Source of the DNA: Oscillospiraceae bacterium
GTDB lineage: Bacteria > Bacillota > Clostridia > Oscillospirales > QAMX01
NCBI GenBank assembly: GCA_015067705.1
Contig: SVLW01000005.1
Coordinates: forward strand, 14,666-78,665
Direction: 5' to 3'
Length of the DNA: 64,000 nt
Shown here: positions 26,809 to 36,981 of the stretch, piece after piece
Position numbering within the stretch: the stretch's first letter is position 1
Layout of the letters: each line of letters starts with the position of its first letter
Notes under the pieces: generated by a model
The model's input: the letters and a program-made list of their open reading frames with translations, nothing else
Told to the model about the DNA's origin: nothing
Database searches by the model: none
Position numbers and translations under genes: made by a program

Positions 26809-28312
26809 AATGCTCCATGAGGTACCGGTTTGCACCGTTTAAGTAGGATTTGATACTGGCTTCCAGAATATCCGTGGAGAAACCGCGGCCCGATACGCTG
26901 TCGCCATCCTTGCGCAGCCGCACCACGGCCTCGCCCAGGGCGTCCTCGCCGCCGGTGACGGAATTGAGACGATAGCTCTCCAGGACAAAGTCGATGCCGA
27001 TGATCTTATTGACGGCGCGGAAGGCCGCGTCCACGGGACCTTCGCCCAGAGCCGCGCGCTCGTATTCCTGCTCACCGTCGGTAAGCTTCACCACGGCGGT
27101 GGTGGAGATGGTGTTGCCGGTGTTCACCACAAAGCTCACCAAGGCATAGCGCCCGGTTTCCTCGGTGATATGACTGGAGATCAGTGCCTCCAGATCCCGG
27201 TCCAGCACCACTTTCTTTTTATCTGTCAGCGTCTTAAAGCGCTCAAAGGCGCGGTCCAGTTCCTGGGAATTCAGATAATACCCCAGACTGGCAAGCCGTT
27301 CTTCAAAGGCGTGGCGGCCGGAATGCTTGCCCAGCACCATGTTCGTCTCGGGAATGCCCACGGACTCCGGCGTCATGATCTCATAGGTTTCCCGGGCAGC
27401 CAGAACGCCATGCTGGTGAATGCCCGCCTCGTGGGCAAAGGCATTGGAGCCCACGATCGCCTTGTTGGGCGGCGGGAAAAAACCGGTGGTATTCTGCACC
27501 AGATGACTGGTGCGATAGATCTGGCGGGTACGGATCCCGCAGTCCAGATGATAATAGTCCCGGCGGGTCATAAGCGACATGGCCACTTCCTCAAGGGCCG
27601 CATTGCCTGCCCGCTCGCCGATGCCGTTGATGGTGCACTCTGCCTGACGGGCGCCTGCAAAGAGCGCCGCCAGCGTATTGGCCGCCGCCATCCCCAGGTC
27701 GTTATGGCAATGGACACTGAGCGTCACGTCGCCGATGCCCACCACCGTTTTCTTCAGATACTGGATCAGCGCAGTCATCTCCGCAGGGGTGGTATAGCCC
27801 ACCGTATCCGCCACACTGATCACTGTGGCGCCGGCACGGATCGCCTCGGAAAAGGCCTGTGCCAGGAATTTCCGGTCGCTGCGGGTGGCATCCTCGGCGG
27901 AAAACTCCACATCGTCACAGTAGCTTTTGGCATAGGTCACGCCCTCGCGGATCATGGCGAGAACCTCCTGGGGCTCTTTCTTCAATTTAAACTGCATATG
28001 GATGGGAGACGTGGCCAAAAACACATGAATGCGGGGCGAAACCGCACCGCGCACGCCCTCCCATGCCAGATCGATATCACTTGCAAGACAACGCGCCAGG
28101 GCGCAGACCGCAGCGTCCTTGATCATCCCGGAGATCTGCTGCACGGCGCGGAGATCATCCGGGGACGACGCCGGGAATCCGGCCTCGATCACGTCAACGC
28201 CCAGCCGTTCCAGATGCCGGGCAATCTCCACTTTTTCTCCGATATTCATGCTGCAGCCGGGAGACTGTTCTCCGTCCCGCAGCGTGGTATCCAGAATTCT
28301 GACCTTTTCCAT
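26792..28312 (-). CDS. leuA: 2-isopropylmalate synthase
   Basis: MEKVRILDTTLRDGEQSPG...HCHNDLGMAAANTLAA. The ATG at 28312 has GGGAG 9 nt upstream. The track start at 28327 is a TTG. Confidence 0.85.
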   Translation of the reverse strand: MEKVRILDTTLRDGEQSPGCSMNIGEKVEIARHLERLGVDVIEAGFPASSPDDLRAVQQISGMIKDAAVCALARCLASDIDLAWEGVRGAVSPRIHVFLATSPIHMQFKLKKEPQEVLAMIREGVTYAKSYCDDVEFSAEDATRSDRKFLAQAFSEAIRAGATVISVADTVGYTTPAEMTALIQYLKKTVVGIGDVTLSVHCHNDLGMAAANTLAALFAGARQAECTINGIGERAGNAALEEVAMSLMTRRDYYHLDCGIRTRQIYRTSHLVQNTTGFFPPPNKAIVGSNAFAHEAGIHQHGVLAARETYEIMTPESVGIPETNMVLGKHSGRHAFEERLASLGYYLNSQELDRAFERFKTLTDKKKVVLDRDLEALISSHITEETGRYALVSFVVNTGNTISTTAVVKLTDGEQEYERAALGEGPVDAAFRAVNKIIGIDFVLESYRLNSVTGGEDALGEAVVRLRKDGDSVSGRGFSTDILEASIKSYLNGANRYLMEHYEKTD

Positions 28313-28334
28313 ATAGGTCGCTCCCAATTCGTAA

Positions 28335-29240
28335 TCAGTTCATTCGGGTCACAAGCGCCAGCGCCAGATCCTCCAAAAACGCCGTATCGGAGAATGCGGA
28401 CAGCGCGGCATTGGCCTCTTCCGTGAGACGCGCCACCTCGGCGCGGCAGGTCTCCATGCCCAAGAGGGCGGGATAGGTGGACTTGCCCTGTTTTTCGTCA
28501 GCGTGAACGGCCTTGCCAAGGGTCACGGTATCGCCCTCCACGTCCAGCATATCATCGCGGATCTGGAAGGCCTGTCCCAATTTCGCGGCAAAGGTGTCGG
28601 CGGCGGTGATCTGCGCCGCCTCTGCCCCGGCGGCAATACAGCCCATACGGCAGGCCACGCGGATCAGCGCACCGGTTTTCAGCGCGATCAGACGATCCAG
28701 AGTGGCGCGGTCCGGCACACGGCCGTCATAGGCCAGATCAATGCACTGACCGCCGATCATGCCGTAATATCCCGCGGCCCCGGCCAGTTCCCGGGAGAGC
28801 CGCAGGGCGCGGGCCTCTCCCACGCGGTCCACCGCTTCCTCGGAGAGCGCCGTCTCAAAGGCGCGGTTTAAGAGGCCGTCACCGGCCAAAAGCGCCGTTG
28901 CCTCGCCATAAACCTTATGGCAGCAGGGCTTGCCCCGGCGCAGTTCATCGTCATCCATACAGGGCAGATCGTCGTGGATCAGGGAATAGGCGTGGATCAT
29001 CTCAATGGCGCAGGCATAGGGCAGCGCCGCCTCCACACTGCCGCCGGAGATGCGGCAGAATTCCAGGACAAAGGCGCCCCGCAGGCGCTTGCCGCCGCCC
29101 AGGGCGCTGTAGCGCATGGCCTCCATCACTTCCTGCTGGGGAAGTCCCTCCAGGGGCAGGAAATGGGAAAGCTCCTCTTCGATCCGGTTCGCGTATGCCG
29201 CGAGGCGTTCCTTATGCTTCATCGAGAGCACCTGCATCAA
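28335..29240 (-). CDS. ispA: polyprenyl (farnesyl/geranylgeranyl) diphosphate synthase
   Basis: FARM motif DDLPCMDDDELRRGKP and SARM motif RDDMLD. The start may instead be the internal Met at 29222. Confidence 0.85.
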   Translation of the reverse strand: MMQVLSMKHKERLAAYANRIEEELSHFLPLEGLPQQEVMEAMRYSALGGGKRLRGAFVLEFCRISGGSVEAALPYACAIEMIHAYSLIHDDLPCMDDDELRRGKPCCHKVYGEATALLAGDGLLNRAFETALSEEAVDRVGEARALRLSRELAGAAGYYGMIGGQCIDLAYDGRVPDRATLDRLIALKTGALIRVACRMGCIAAGAEAAQITAADTFAAKLGQAFQIRDDMLDVEGDTVTLGKAVHADEKQGKSTYPALLGMETCRAEVARLTEEANAALSAFSDTAFLEDLALALVTRMN

Positions 29241-29457
29241 AGACCTGCTCCGTCACGACGCCCTCGTTATTTTTGAGAAGGATCGTGACCCGGCGCTCGG
29301 CCTGCTCCAAAGCGGTATTGCAGCGACGCACCAGCGCCGCGCCTTCTTCATATAATTCCAGAGACTGCTCAAGCGGCGCATCGCCCCGCTCCAGAAGAGA
29401 GACGATCTCCTCCAGGCGATGGAGCGCCTGTTCAAATGTCATTTTCTGTGCTTCCAT
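29212..29457 (-). CDS. xseB: exodeoxyribonuclease VII small subunit
   Basis: 81 aa. MTFEQALHRLEEIVSLLERGDAPLEQSLELYEEG is typical of XseB. Confidence 0.85.
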   Translation of the reverse strand: MEAQKMTFEQALHRLEEIVSLLERGDAPLEQSLELYEEGAALVRRCNTALEQAERRVTILLKNNEGVVTEQVFDAGALDEA

Positions 29458-30670
29458 GCTGTTCTCCCTCTATGATCTCCTGGACCCGGCAGACGGCGCC
29501 GCCGCGCTCCAGGCGTAAAGTCAAAGTATCTTCCGGGTGAAGCTGTGCTGCGTCCCGCAGGATCGTACCGTCCCCGGTGGTGGCCATGGCATAGCCCCGG
29601 GCCAGCACCCGCATGGGACTTAAGGCATCCAGCATCCCTGCCGCCCGGGCAAGCCGATCCCGGCGTGTCGTGGTCCCGCGCTGCACCATGTCCTCAAAGC
29701 GCCGGGAAAGATGATCCAGCGCCATGGCGCGATCTTCGATATAATTCATGGGACTGGTGAGCACCCGCTTTCCTGCAAGTGCCGCCACCCGCTGGCGTTC
29801 CAGCGTCACACGGGCGCGCCCCAACTGCAGAATCCGGGCCTGGGTCATGCGCAGCTGCGCCGCCAGTTCTGCCCGGTCGGGCACTGCCAGTTCCGCCGCA
29901 TTGGAGGGCGTGGCCGCCCGCAGATCCGCCACAAAATCCACAATGGTGAAGTCCGGCTCGTGACCCACGGCGGAGATCACCGGAATCTGAGAGGCAAAGA
30001 TCTCTCTCGCCACCATCTCATCATTGAACGCCCAGAGATCCTCGATGGAGCCGCCGCCGCGGCCCGTGATGATCACATCCGCCAGACGGTGTTCGTTTAC
30101 AAAGCGGATACCCTCACAGATCTCCGCGGGGGCCTCCGGCCCCTGCACCCGCACGGGATAGATCCGCACCCGGGCGATGGGCCAGCGGGCACGCAGAATC
30201 CGCAGCATATCCCGCACCGCCGCGCCCGTAGGCGAGGTCACCAGCGCGATGCGCGCCGGACAGCGGGGAATGGGCTTTTTATACATGGGATCAAAGAGAC
30301 CTTCGGCGCCCAGCTTTTCCTTTAACTGTTCATAGGCGATATAGAGTGCGCCGATGCCGTCGGGGATCAGGTCATCGATATAGAGCTGATACTGTCCGTC
30401 CCGGGGGAATACGTCGATGCGCCCGTGGGCGATCACCTTCATGCCGTTATCCGGGCGGAATTTCAGTCTGGACGCGCTGCCGCGGAACATCACCGCCCGC
30501 AGCACGCCGCCCTCATCCTTCATGGTCATATAGGCATGACCGGAGGAATGCAGCTTATAATTGGAGAGCTCTCCCCGCACAAAGACGGAAGCGAGAAGCT
30601 CGTCCTGAGAAATCAGTCCTTTCAGATGCTGGTTCACATCTGTAACGGACAAAATCAGAGAAGTGTCCAT
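29432..30670 (-). CDS. xseA: exodeoxyribonuclease VII large subunit
   Basis: 412 aa with an OB-fold N-terminus (SVTDVNQHLKGLI...VRGELSN) and a catalytic core (..GRGGGSIEDLWAFN..). Confidence 0.9.
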   Translation of the reverse strand: MDTSLILSVTDVNQHLKGLISQDELLASVFVRGELSNYKLHSSGHAYMTMKDEGGVLRAVMFRGSASRLKFRPDNGMKVIAHGRIDVFPRDGQYQLYIDDLIPDGIGALYIAYEQLKEKLGAEGLFDPMYKKPIPRCPARIALVTSPTGAAVRDMLRILRARWPIARVRIYPVRVQGPEAPAEICEGIRFVNEHRLADVIITGRGGGSIEDLWAFNDEMVAREIFASQIPVISAVGHEPDFTIVDFVADLRAATPSNAAELAVPDRAELAAQLRMTQARILQLGRARVTLERQRVAALAGKRVLTSPMNYIEDRAMALDHLSRRFEDMVQRGTTTRRDRLARAAGMLDALSPMRVLARGYAMATTGDGTILRDAAQLHPEDTLTLRLERGGAVCRVQEIIEGEQHGSTENDI

Positions 30671-31617
30671 TCCGGTATTTTCCCTTCGCTTCGGATCGCC
30701 GCAAGAATCGCCACGCCCATGGCATTATCGGTGGAAAGCTCCGGGCGGGCAAAGGCGGCGTCATAAGTGTTCCGCATGACGCGGCGGATCCGTTCATTGG
30801 ACGCAACGCCGCCGGAGCATAAAACCGGCAGTCCCGGCCAGCGCTCCAGCGCCTGTTCCGTGGCGCGCATGATGGCACGCGCCACCGTATTGATGACAAA
30901 ATTGGCAATCGCGGCGGGCGGCGCAGTCTTTTCATAAAGCGCCTTCACCTGATTTTCCATACCGGACAGAGAGAAGCGGCAGTCCTTCACCCGCAGGCCA
31001 TAACGCTCGTCGGAAGGCTCTGCGTCGGCCATGGCCGCCAGACTCTTGCCCGCCGGGAATCCCATGCCCAGCAGTACCCCTGCGCGGTCAATGAGCTGGC
31101 CGGCGGAGATATCCGTGGTGCCGCCGACGATCTCTTCCGTCACAATTTCCTCCCGATCCGGGCGGACAAACAATAGTTCCGTAGTGCCGCCGGAAAGGTG
31201 CCATGCCAAAAAGGGTTTCTCCATCAGTTCCGTCCGACCGGAGGAAAAGACCGCCGCGGCGATATGTCCCTGCTGATGGGAGAAGGCATAAAAATCCGCG
31301 CCCTGGGCCGATGCCATGGCCCGGGCCGTCCCCTCGCCCACTAAAAAGCAGGGCATGTAGGAGCCCGCTTTCGCCCGGGGACGGGTGGAGGCCGCAAAAA
31401 TACGGGGAGCTTCCCGCTCCTCCTGCGCCATCAGCTGTGCCGTGATCTCCGGCAGAGCCTTCACATGGGCAAACACCGCGTCGCTCTGGCGGAGGCCCAG
31501 CTCTCCCTGACGAACGGGCAAAAGCCGCGACACATTCGCGCCGCGGCCCGTCTTTGCATCTAAATACGCAGCTGACGTGGTATAGTTGGACGTATCAAAC
31601 GCCAGAATCCCAGCCAT
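30655..31617 (-). CDS. TsaD/Kae1-family (peptidase M22, ASKHA fold) paralogue of unknown role
   Basis: 320 aa. ILAFDTSNYTTS N-terminus, HQQGH (HxxxH), and SGGVASN near the C-terminus. Its ATG overlaps the nusB stop (TAATG). Confidence 0.65.
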   Translation of the reverse strand: MAGILAFDTSNYTTSAAYLDAKTGRGANVSRLLPVRQGELGLRQSDAVFAHVKALPEITAQLMAQEEREAPRIFAASTRPRAKAGSYMPCFLVGEGTARAMASAQGADFYAFSHQQGHIAAAVFSSGRTELMEKPFLAWHLSGGTTELLFVRPDREEIVTEEIVGGTTDISAGQLIDRAGVLLGMGFPAGKSLAAMADAEPSDERYGLRVKDCRFSLSGMENQVKALYEKTAPPAAIANFVINTVARAIMRATEQALERWPGLPVLCSGGVASNERIRRVMRNTYDAAFARPELSTDNAMGVAILAAIRSEGKIPEWTLL

Positions 31618-32066
31618 TACTCCGTGACTTCCTTCCGTACAAAAGTGCCCAGAATGCCGTTGACGAAGGAGGCGGCATCCGGCGTGTCATAGCGCTTGGC
31701 CAGCTCGACAGCCTCATTGATGGCGACGGACGAAGGAACGTCCGGCATATAGAGGATCTCGAACATGGCAAGGCGCATGATGCAGGCGACGATCCGGGAA
31801 ATACGCCCGAACTTCCAGCCCACACTATAAGTCTCGATATATGTATCCAGCTCCACCAGATGCTGGTCAATACCGGTCAGGATGCGGCGGATATAGGCCT
31901 GATCCCGCTCGTCCGGCATGGTCTGGTAAAGCTTGTCTTCCTGAGAAAGTGCCTGAAAGCCCTCTGCACCCAGGCGGCGATCCAAAAGGGTGGCACTGTC
32001 CCCACCGGTGAAATCCATCTCGAACACCAGATGCAGCGCCAGTTCTCTGGCAGTTTTTCTGCTCAT
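31617..32066 (-). CDS. nusB: transcription antitermination factor NusB
   Basis: MSRKTARELALHLVFEM...INEAVELAKRY. I moved the start to the ATG at 32066, which has a GGGGAG RBS. Confidence 0.85.
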   Translation of the reverse strand: MSRKTARELALHLVFEMDFTGGDSATLLDRRLGAEGFQALSQEDKLYQTMPDERDQAYIRRILTGIDQHLVELDTYIETYSVGWKFGRISRIVACIMRLAMFEILYMPDVPSSVAINEAVELAKRYDTPDAASFVNGILGTFVRKEVTE

Positions 32067-32082
32067 ACTCTGCTCCCCGGGC

Positions 32083-32457
32083 TTATTCGCCCTTCTTCTC
32101 CTTTTCAAAGCTCACACCGGACACCGTCACATTGATCTTGCGGGCGGTCATGCCGGTCATGGACTCGATGGCGTCCTTCACGTTCTGCTGCACCTTCAGG
32201 GCAGTCTGGGGAATCTTCACGCCATAGCGCATCTGCACGCAGATGTCCACGTCTGCATTCTCTTCTTCCACCACCACGCGCACGCCGCGGCTGATGCCCT
32301 TCTTGCCCCAGAGCTCTGCAAGATCCAGCGCGGAGGCGGAGGTCACCTTAACGCCGTCCACTTCATTGGCGGCGATGGTCACGATGGATACCACAACATC
32401 CTCGGAAATCTTCACATTTCCGGTATTCACGATCTTATTCTCGTCTTTCATGATCAA
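32083..32457 (-). CDS. Asp23/Gls24-family envelope stress protein
   Basis: 124 aa. ..VKISEDVVVSIVTIAANEVDGV... is typical of Asp23. Confidence 0.8.
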   Translation of the reverse strand: MIMKDENKIVNTGNVKISEDVVVSIVTIAANEVDGVKVTSASALDLAELWGKKGISRGVRVVVEEENADVDICVQMRYGVKIPQTALKVQQNVKDAIESMTGMTARKINVTVSGVSFEKEKKGE

Positions 32458-32586
32458 AACGCTCCTTTATGCCGAATATCTGATCTGAACCTGCCAAAGG
32501 AAGGCGGCCCAGGCGGTCTGACATACTTATACAAGAGTAGTATAACACAGTTCCGCCGCAATTTCCAGTTCTTTTTCCAGAAAGCC

Positions 32587-35500
32587 CTATCGGAGCACCA
32601 CATTTTCCTCGCCCAGCAGTCTGCACAGTTCGGAAAGCATCAAATCGCTGCAGGACACGGTCTCTGCCAGGCGGCGCTTTTCGCCGCTTCGTCCGTCATA
32701 GAGCACCACCGGCACCGTGCCCAGAAAGATCCGACACATGGATTCCGCGCGGGACAGGAGATGGGCATTCTCCTCCGTCAGACGGAGATAGAGCTTCCGG
32801 GACTTCTGCTGCACTTCCGCGGCGCGGACAGGCGGTTCCCGATACGCGCCGGGGCGGCGCTGTTTCATCTGGGCGCCGGGCAGACCGGCCGATGACAGCG
32901 GCGCAATATCCTCACATTTCAGCTTGGGAGCTTCCTCTTCCCGGGCAGTGATCTGCGCCGAGAGCATCACGGTCTCCCCTTCCCGGATCACGGCGGAGGC
33001 CGTGGAGAGCAGCCGGGAGAAGATCATCACTTCCACGCTGCCGGTGGTATCCTCCAGCGTGGTGTAAGCCATCATGGAGTTGGATTTGGTGGTTTTCAGG
33101 CGCACAGGGCCCAGAATGCCGGCGGCAACGAGATAGTCGCCGTCCTGATACGGACAGTTTTCCGCAAAAAGCGTTCCCAGTGGAACCGCATGGATCGCGG
33201 CGATCTCCTCGGCGCGGCTTTCCAGCGGATGACCGCTCATATAAAGCCCGGTCATTTCTTTCTCCATGGAAAGCATACGGCTCCGCTCAAATTCCGGAAT
33301 ATCCGGCAGCTCCGTCTCGTCGGAGGATTCATCCTCCTCCGCCATGATGCCAAAGAGATCCAGCTGGCCCGCCACATTGGAACGGGCGGTCTTGACGATG
33401 CCGTTTAATACCCGCTCGCACACCGCCATCAACTGCGAGCGATATACGCCAAAGCTGTCAAACGCGCCGGAGAGGATCAGACTTTCCAGCGAACGGCGGT
33501 TTAAGTCCACGCCGTACATCCGTTCACAGAAATTCTTGAAGCTTGTGAAATTGCCGCCCCGCTCCCGCTCTGCCATGAGCTTTTCGATAAAGGCACGGCC
33601 CACATTCTTCACCGCCACCAGGCCAAAGCGGATGCTGTCCCCCGCCACGGTGAAGTCGCCGCGGGATTCGTTCACGTCCGGCGGCAGCACGCGAATGCCA
33701 AGCGTGCGGCACTCTGTAATATACCCCACCAGTTTTTCCGTGGAACCCAACACCGAGGTGAGCAGCGCCGCCATGTATTCTCTGGGATAATGGCACTTGA
33801 GATATGCGGTCTGATAGGCGATCAGAGAATAGGCCACGGCGTGGCCCTTGGGGAAGGCATAGCGGGCAAATTCCTGCATCTCCTGAAAGATGCTCTCTGC
33901 CGCCGCCTCGCTGACGCCATGGGTGCGGGCACCCTCTACAAAGGCGGCATGCTCCCGCTCCAGCACGTCATATTTTTTCTTACTCATGGCCCGGCGCACG
34001 ATATCGGCGCGGCCAAGGGAATACCCCGCCAGTTCCCGGCAGATGGCCATGACCTGCTCCTGATAGACAATACAGCCATTGGTGGGACGCAGGATCGGCT
34101 CCAGATGCGGGGTCTTATAGGTGATTTTGGAAGGATCGTTCCGGCACTCGATAAAGCGCGGGATAGAATCCATGGGGCCGGGGCGATAGAGCGCCACGGC
34201 GGCGGTGATGTCCTCCAAAGAGCGGGGCTTCATCTGCATCATCAGATTGGTCATGCCCGCGCTTTCGATCTGGAAGATACCGGCGGTTTTGCCCTGAGAA
34301 AGCATTTCATAGGTAGCGGGATCGTCGTCCGGCACCCGGTGAATGTCAAAGTCCGGGAAGCGCTCCCGTACCAGGCGCTGGGCGTCATCCACTACGGTGA
34401 CGTTGCGCAGCCCCAGGAAGTCCATTTTGAGAAGGCCCAGTTCCTCCAGCGTCACCATGGTATACTGGGTCACCACGGTATCATCGGAACGGGACAGAGG
34501 CACATAGGCGTAAACCGGCCGATCGGTGATGACCACGCCGGCGGCATGGGTGGAGGCATGACGGGGCATGCCCTCCAGACGGCGGGCAGTATCGATCACC
34601 CGGCGGGTGACCTCGTCCCGCTCATAGCGTTCCTTCAGCTGGGGCGACAGCTCCAGCGCCCGATCGATGGTGACATGAAGCTCCGCAGGCACCAGCTTGG
34701 CAATGGCATCCGTATCGGCGTAGGACACATTCAGCACACGTCCCACGTCCCGGACGGCCTGGCGCGCCGCCATAGTGCCGAAGGTGACGATCTGTGCCAC
34801 GTGATCCTCACCGTATTTATGCTTGACGTATTCGATGATCTCCTGACGGCGGATGGCACAGAAGTCCATGTCGATATCCGGCATGCTGACGCGCTCCGGA
34901 TTTAAGAAGCGGTCGAAGAAGAGATCAAAGCGCATGGGATCGATATCGGTGATCCGCAGGGAATAACTGACGATACTGTTAGCGGAGGAACCACGTCCGC
35001 CGCCCACCGGGATCCCGTTCTCCTTGGCGTAGAGAATGAAATCCTGTACGATCAGGAAGTAATCGCAAAACCCCATGCGATTGATGATATTCATTTCGTA
35101 TTCCAGACGGTCATAGTACTGCGGGGCACGTTCTCCATAGCGCATGGAGAGACCCTGATAGCACTTTTCCCGCAGGATCTCCTCATGGGGACGGGGATCG
35201 TCCGTGAGATATTCCGGCAGGTGATAATGACCGAATTCAAATTCCACGTTGCAGCGCTGGGCAATGCGCACGGTATTGGCAAGCGCCTCCGGCTGTTCCG
35301 GGAAGAGCTCCGCCATTTCCCCGGCAGTTTTCAGATAAAGCTCCGGGGAATCATAGCGCATCCGGTCGGTCTCATCCACCGTGTGACCGGTCTGGATGCA
35401 CATCATCACATCCTGGATATAGGCATCCTCCCGGCGCAGATAATGCACGTCATTGGTGGCAACAAGGCCGATCCCGGTCTCCTGCGCGATCCGCAGAAGT

Positions 35501-36066
35501 CCCGCATTCACATCAAGCTGTTCCTGCATCCCGTGGTTCTGCAGTTCCAGGAAGAAATTGTCCTTCCCGAAAATACGCTGGTATTCCAGCGCCATCCGGC
35601 GCGCACCCTCGTAATTGCGTTCCAGCAAAAGCCGCGGCACCGCGCCCGCCACGCAGGCGGAACAGGCGATGAGGCCCTCGTGATGCGCCTCCAAAAGATC
35701 CAGATCCACCCGGGGACGATTGTAAAAGCCCTCCACATAAGCCATGGAGACCAGATAACAGAGATTCTGATAGCCCGTCTGGTTCTCTGCCAGAAGCACC
35801 AGATGCATGGGGCTCTTGTCCTGCTCCGGGTCCCGGTCATATCGGGTGCGGGGAGCCACATAGACCTCACAGCCGATAATGGGCTTGATGCCCGCCGCTT
35901 TTGCGGCACGATAGAAATCGACCACGCCGTACATGACGCCGTGATCCGTAATGGCCACGGCGGTCTGGCCGGTCTCCGCTACGCGCTGCATGATGTCACG
36001 AATGCGGCAGGCGCCGTCGAGCAAGCTATACTCTGTATGCAGATGCAGATGGACAAAGTCCGGCAT
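32587..36066 (-). CDS. dnaE: DNA polymerase III alpha subunit (DnaE type)
   Basis: 1159 aa with a PHP domain (FVHLHLHTEYSLLDG), polymerase core and OB fold. Confidence 0.95.
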   Translation of the reverse strand: MPDFVHLHLHTEYSLLDGACRIRDIMQRVAETGQTAVAITDHGVMYGVVDFYRAAKAAGIKPIIGCEVYVAPRTRYDRDPEQDKSPMHLVLLAENQTGYQNLCYLVSMAYVEGFYNRPRVDLDLLEAHHEGLIACSACVAGAVPRLLLERNYEGARRMALEYQRIFGKDNFFLELQNHGMQEQLDVNAGLLRIAQETGIGLVATNDVHYLRREDAYIQDVMMCIQTGHTVDETDRMRYDSPELYLKTAGEMAELFPEQPEALANTVRIAQRCNVEFEFGHYHLPEYLTDDPRPHEEILREKCYQGLSMRYGERAPQYYDRLEYEMNIINRMGFCDYFLIVQDFILYAKENGIPVGGGRGSSANSIVSYSLRITDIDPMRFDLFFDRFLNPERVSMPDIDMDFCAIRRQEIIEYVKHKYGEDHVAQIVTFGTMAARQAVRDVGRVLNVSYADTDAIAKLVPAELHVTIDRALELSPQLKERYERDEVTRRVIDTARRLEGMPRHASTHAAGVVITDRPVYAYVPLSRSDDTVVTQYTMVTLEELGLLKMDFLGLRNVTVVDDAQRLVRERFPDFDIHRVPDDDPATYEMLSQGKTAGIFQIESAGMTNLMMQMKPRSLEDITAAVALYRPGPMDSIPRFIECRNDPSKITYKTPHLEPILRPTNGCIVYQEQVMAICRELAGYSLGRADIVRRAMSKKKYDVLEREHAAFVEGARTHGVSEAAAESIFQEMQEFARYAFPKGHAVAYSLIAYQTAYLKCHYPREYMAALLTSVLGSTEKLVGYITECRTLGIRVLPPDVNESRGDFTVAGDSIRFGLVAVKNVGRAFIEKLMAERERGGNFTSFKNFCERMYGVDLNRRSLESLILSGAFDSFGVYRSQLMAVCERVLNGIVKTARSNVAGQLDLFGIMAEEDESSDETELPDIPEFERSRMLSMEKEMTGLYMSGHPLESRAEEIAAIHAVPLGTLFAENCPYQDGDYLVAAGILGPVRLKTTKSNSMMAYTTLEDTTGSVEVMIFSRLLSTASAVIREGETVMLSAQITAREEEAPKLKCEDIAPLSSAGLPGAQMKQRRPGAYREPPVRAAEVQQKSRKLYLRLTEENAHLLSRAESMCRIFLGTVPVVLYDGRSGEKRRLAETVSCSDLMLSELCRLLGEENVVLR

Positions 36067-36081
36067 GATCGCGTTCCTCCT

Positions 36082-36978
36082 TTACGGTTTGTCTTCCGCC
36101 AGTTCTACCAGTTTTTTCAGGCGATAGCTCAGAGTTGCCCGGGAAACCGGGGGATCCAGTGCGGCCGCCAGCGTGGCAAGCGATGCCTCGGGACTGGCGA
36201 GACGGGCACGGGCCGCCTCCTGCACCACCTTGGGCTGCAGGGCGAGGCGTCCGTCCTCTTCGAGAATATGGATGGCGCGGATCTGTGCCGCGGCGGCATC
36301 CACGGTTTTGGTGATATTGGCGGTCTCACAGTTGACGTGGCGGTTGATCTGGTTCCGCACGTCCTTCACCACCTTGGCCTGCATCACGGCCAGCGCCGAC
36401 ATGGGCGCGCCGGTCTGCACCAGAAAGTCCTCGATGGCCTCGCTGGACTTAAAATACAGCACATACTTGGACTGGCGGCGGGTGATGCGGGGCTGGAACT
36501 CCGCATCCATCAAAAACGCCGTCATTTCTGTGGAAAACACATAATGAGGCGTGACAAATTCCAGATGATACCGGGACTCGGGATCCGCCACACTGCCACC
36601 GGACAGGAAAGCACCCCGCAAAAATGCCGCCTTGCAGCAATCTTCTTCCAGGATCGCCCGATTCAGACGCACGCCGGAGGCATTGGGATCCAGTCCAAAG
36701 GCATTGAATATTTTGGAAAGTTCCTGTTTTTTTGTGATTTCAAAGACATAGCGGCCCTCTTTGGATCCGCGCCGCGGCTCCACCCGCAGGCCGAAGGCGC
36801 GGAGAAACAGCATCTCCACCCGACGGGCCAGATCTTCATTTCCGGTGATGACCCGCACGCCGTTTTGCCGGAACAGATTGGCAAACAGCAAAATACCATA
36901 GCATTCGCCAAGCGCGTCACAGTCCTCCAAGATATCCACCGCGCAAAGCTCCCGCTTGACCTCCTGGGAAAAAGACAT
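36082..36978 (-). CDS. whiA: DNA-binding protein WhiA
   Basis: 298 aa. MSFSQEVKRELC start, LAGLIDADG-like repeats and a C-terminal HTH. Confidence 0.9.
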   Translation of the reverse strand: MSFSQEVKRELCAVDILEDCDALGECYGILLFANLFRQNGVRVITGNEDLARRVEMLFLRAFGLRVEPRRGSKEGRYVFEITKKQELSKIFNAFGLDPNASGVRLNRAILEEDCCKAAFLRGAFLSGGSVADPESRYHLEFVTPHYVFSTEMTAFLMDAEFQPRITRRQSKYVLYFKSSEAIEDFLVQTGAPMSALAVMQAKVVKDVRNQINRHVNCETANITKTVDAAAAQIRAIHILEEDGRLALQPKVVQEAARARLASPEASLATLAAALDPPVSRATLSYRLKKLVELAEDKP

Positions 36979-36981
36979 ACT

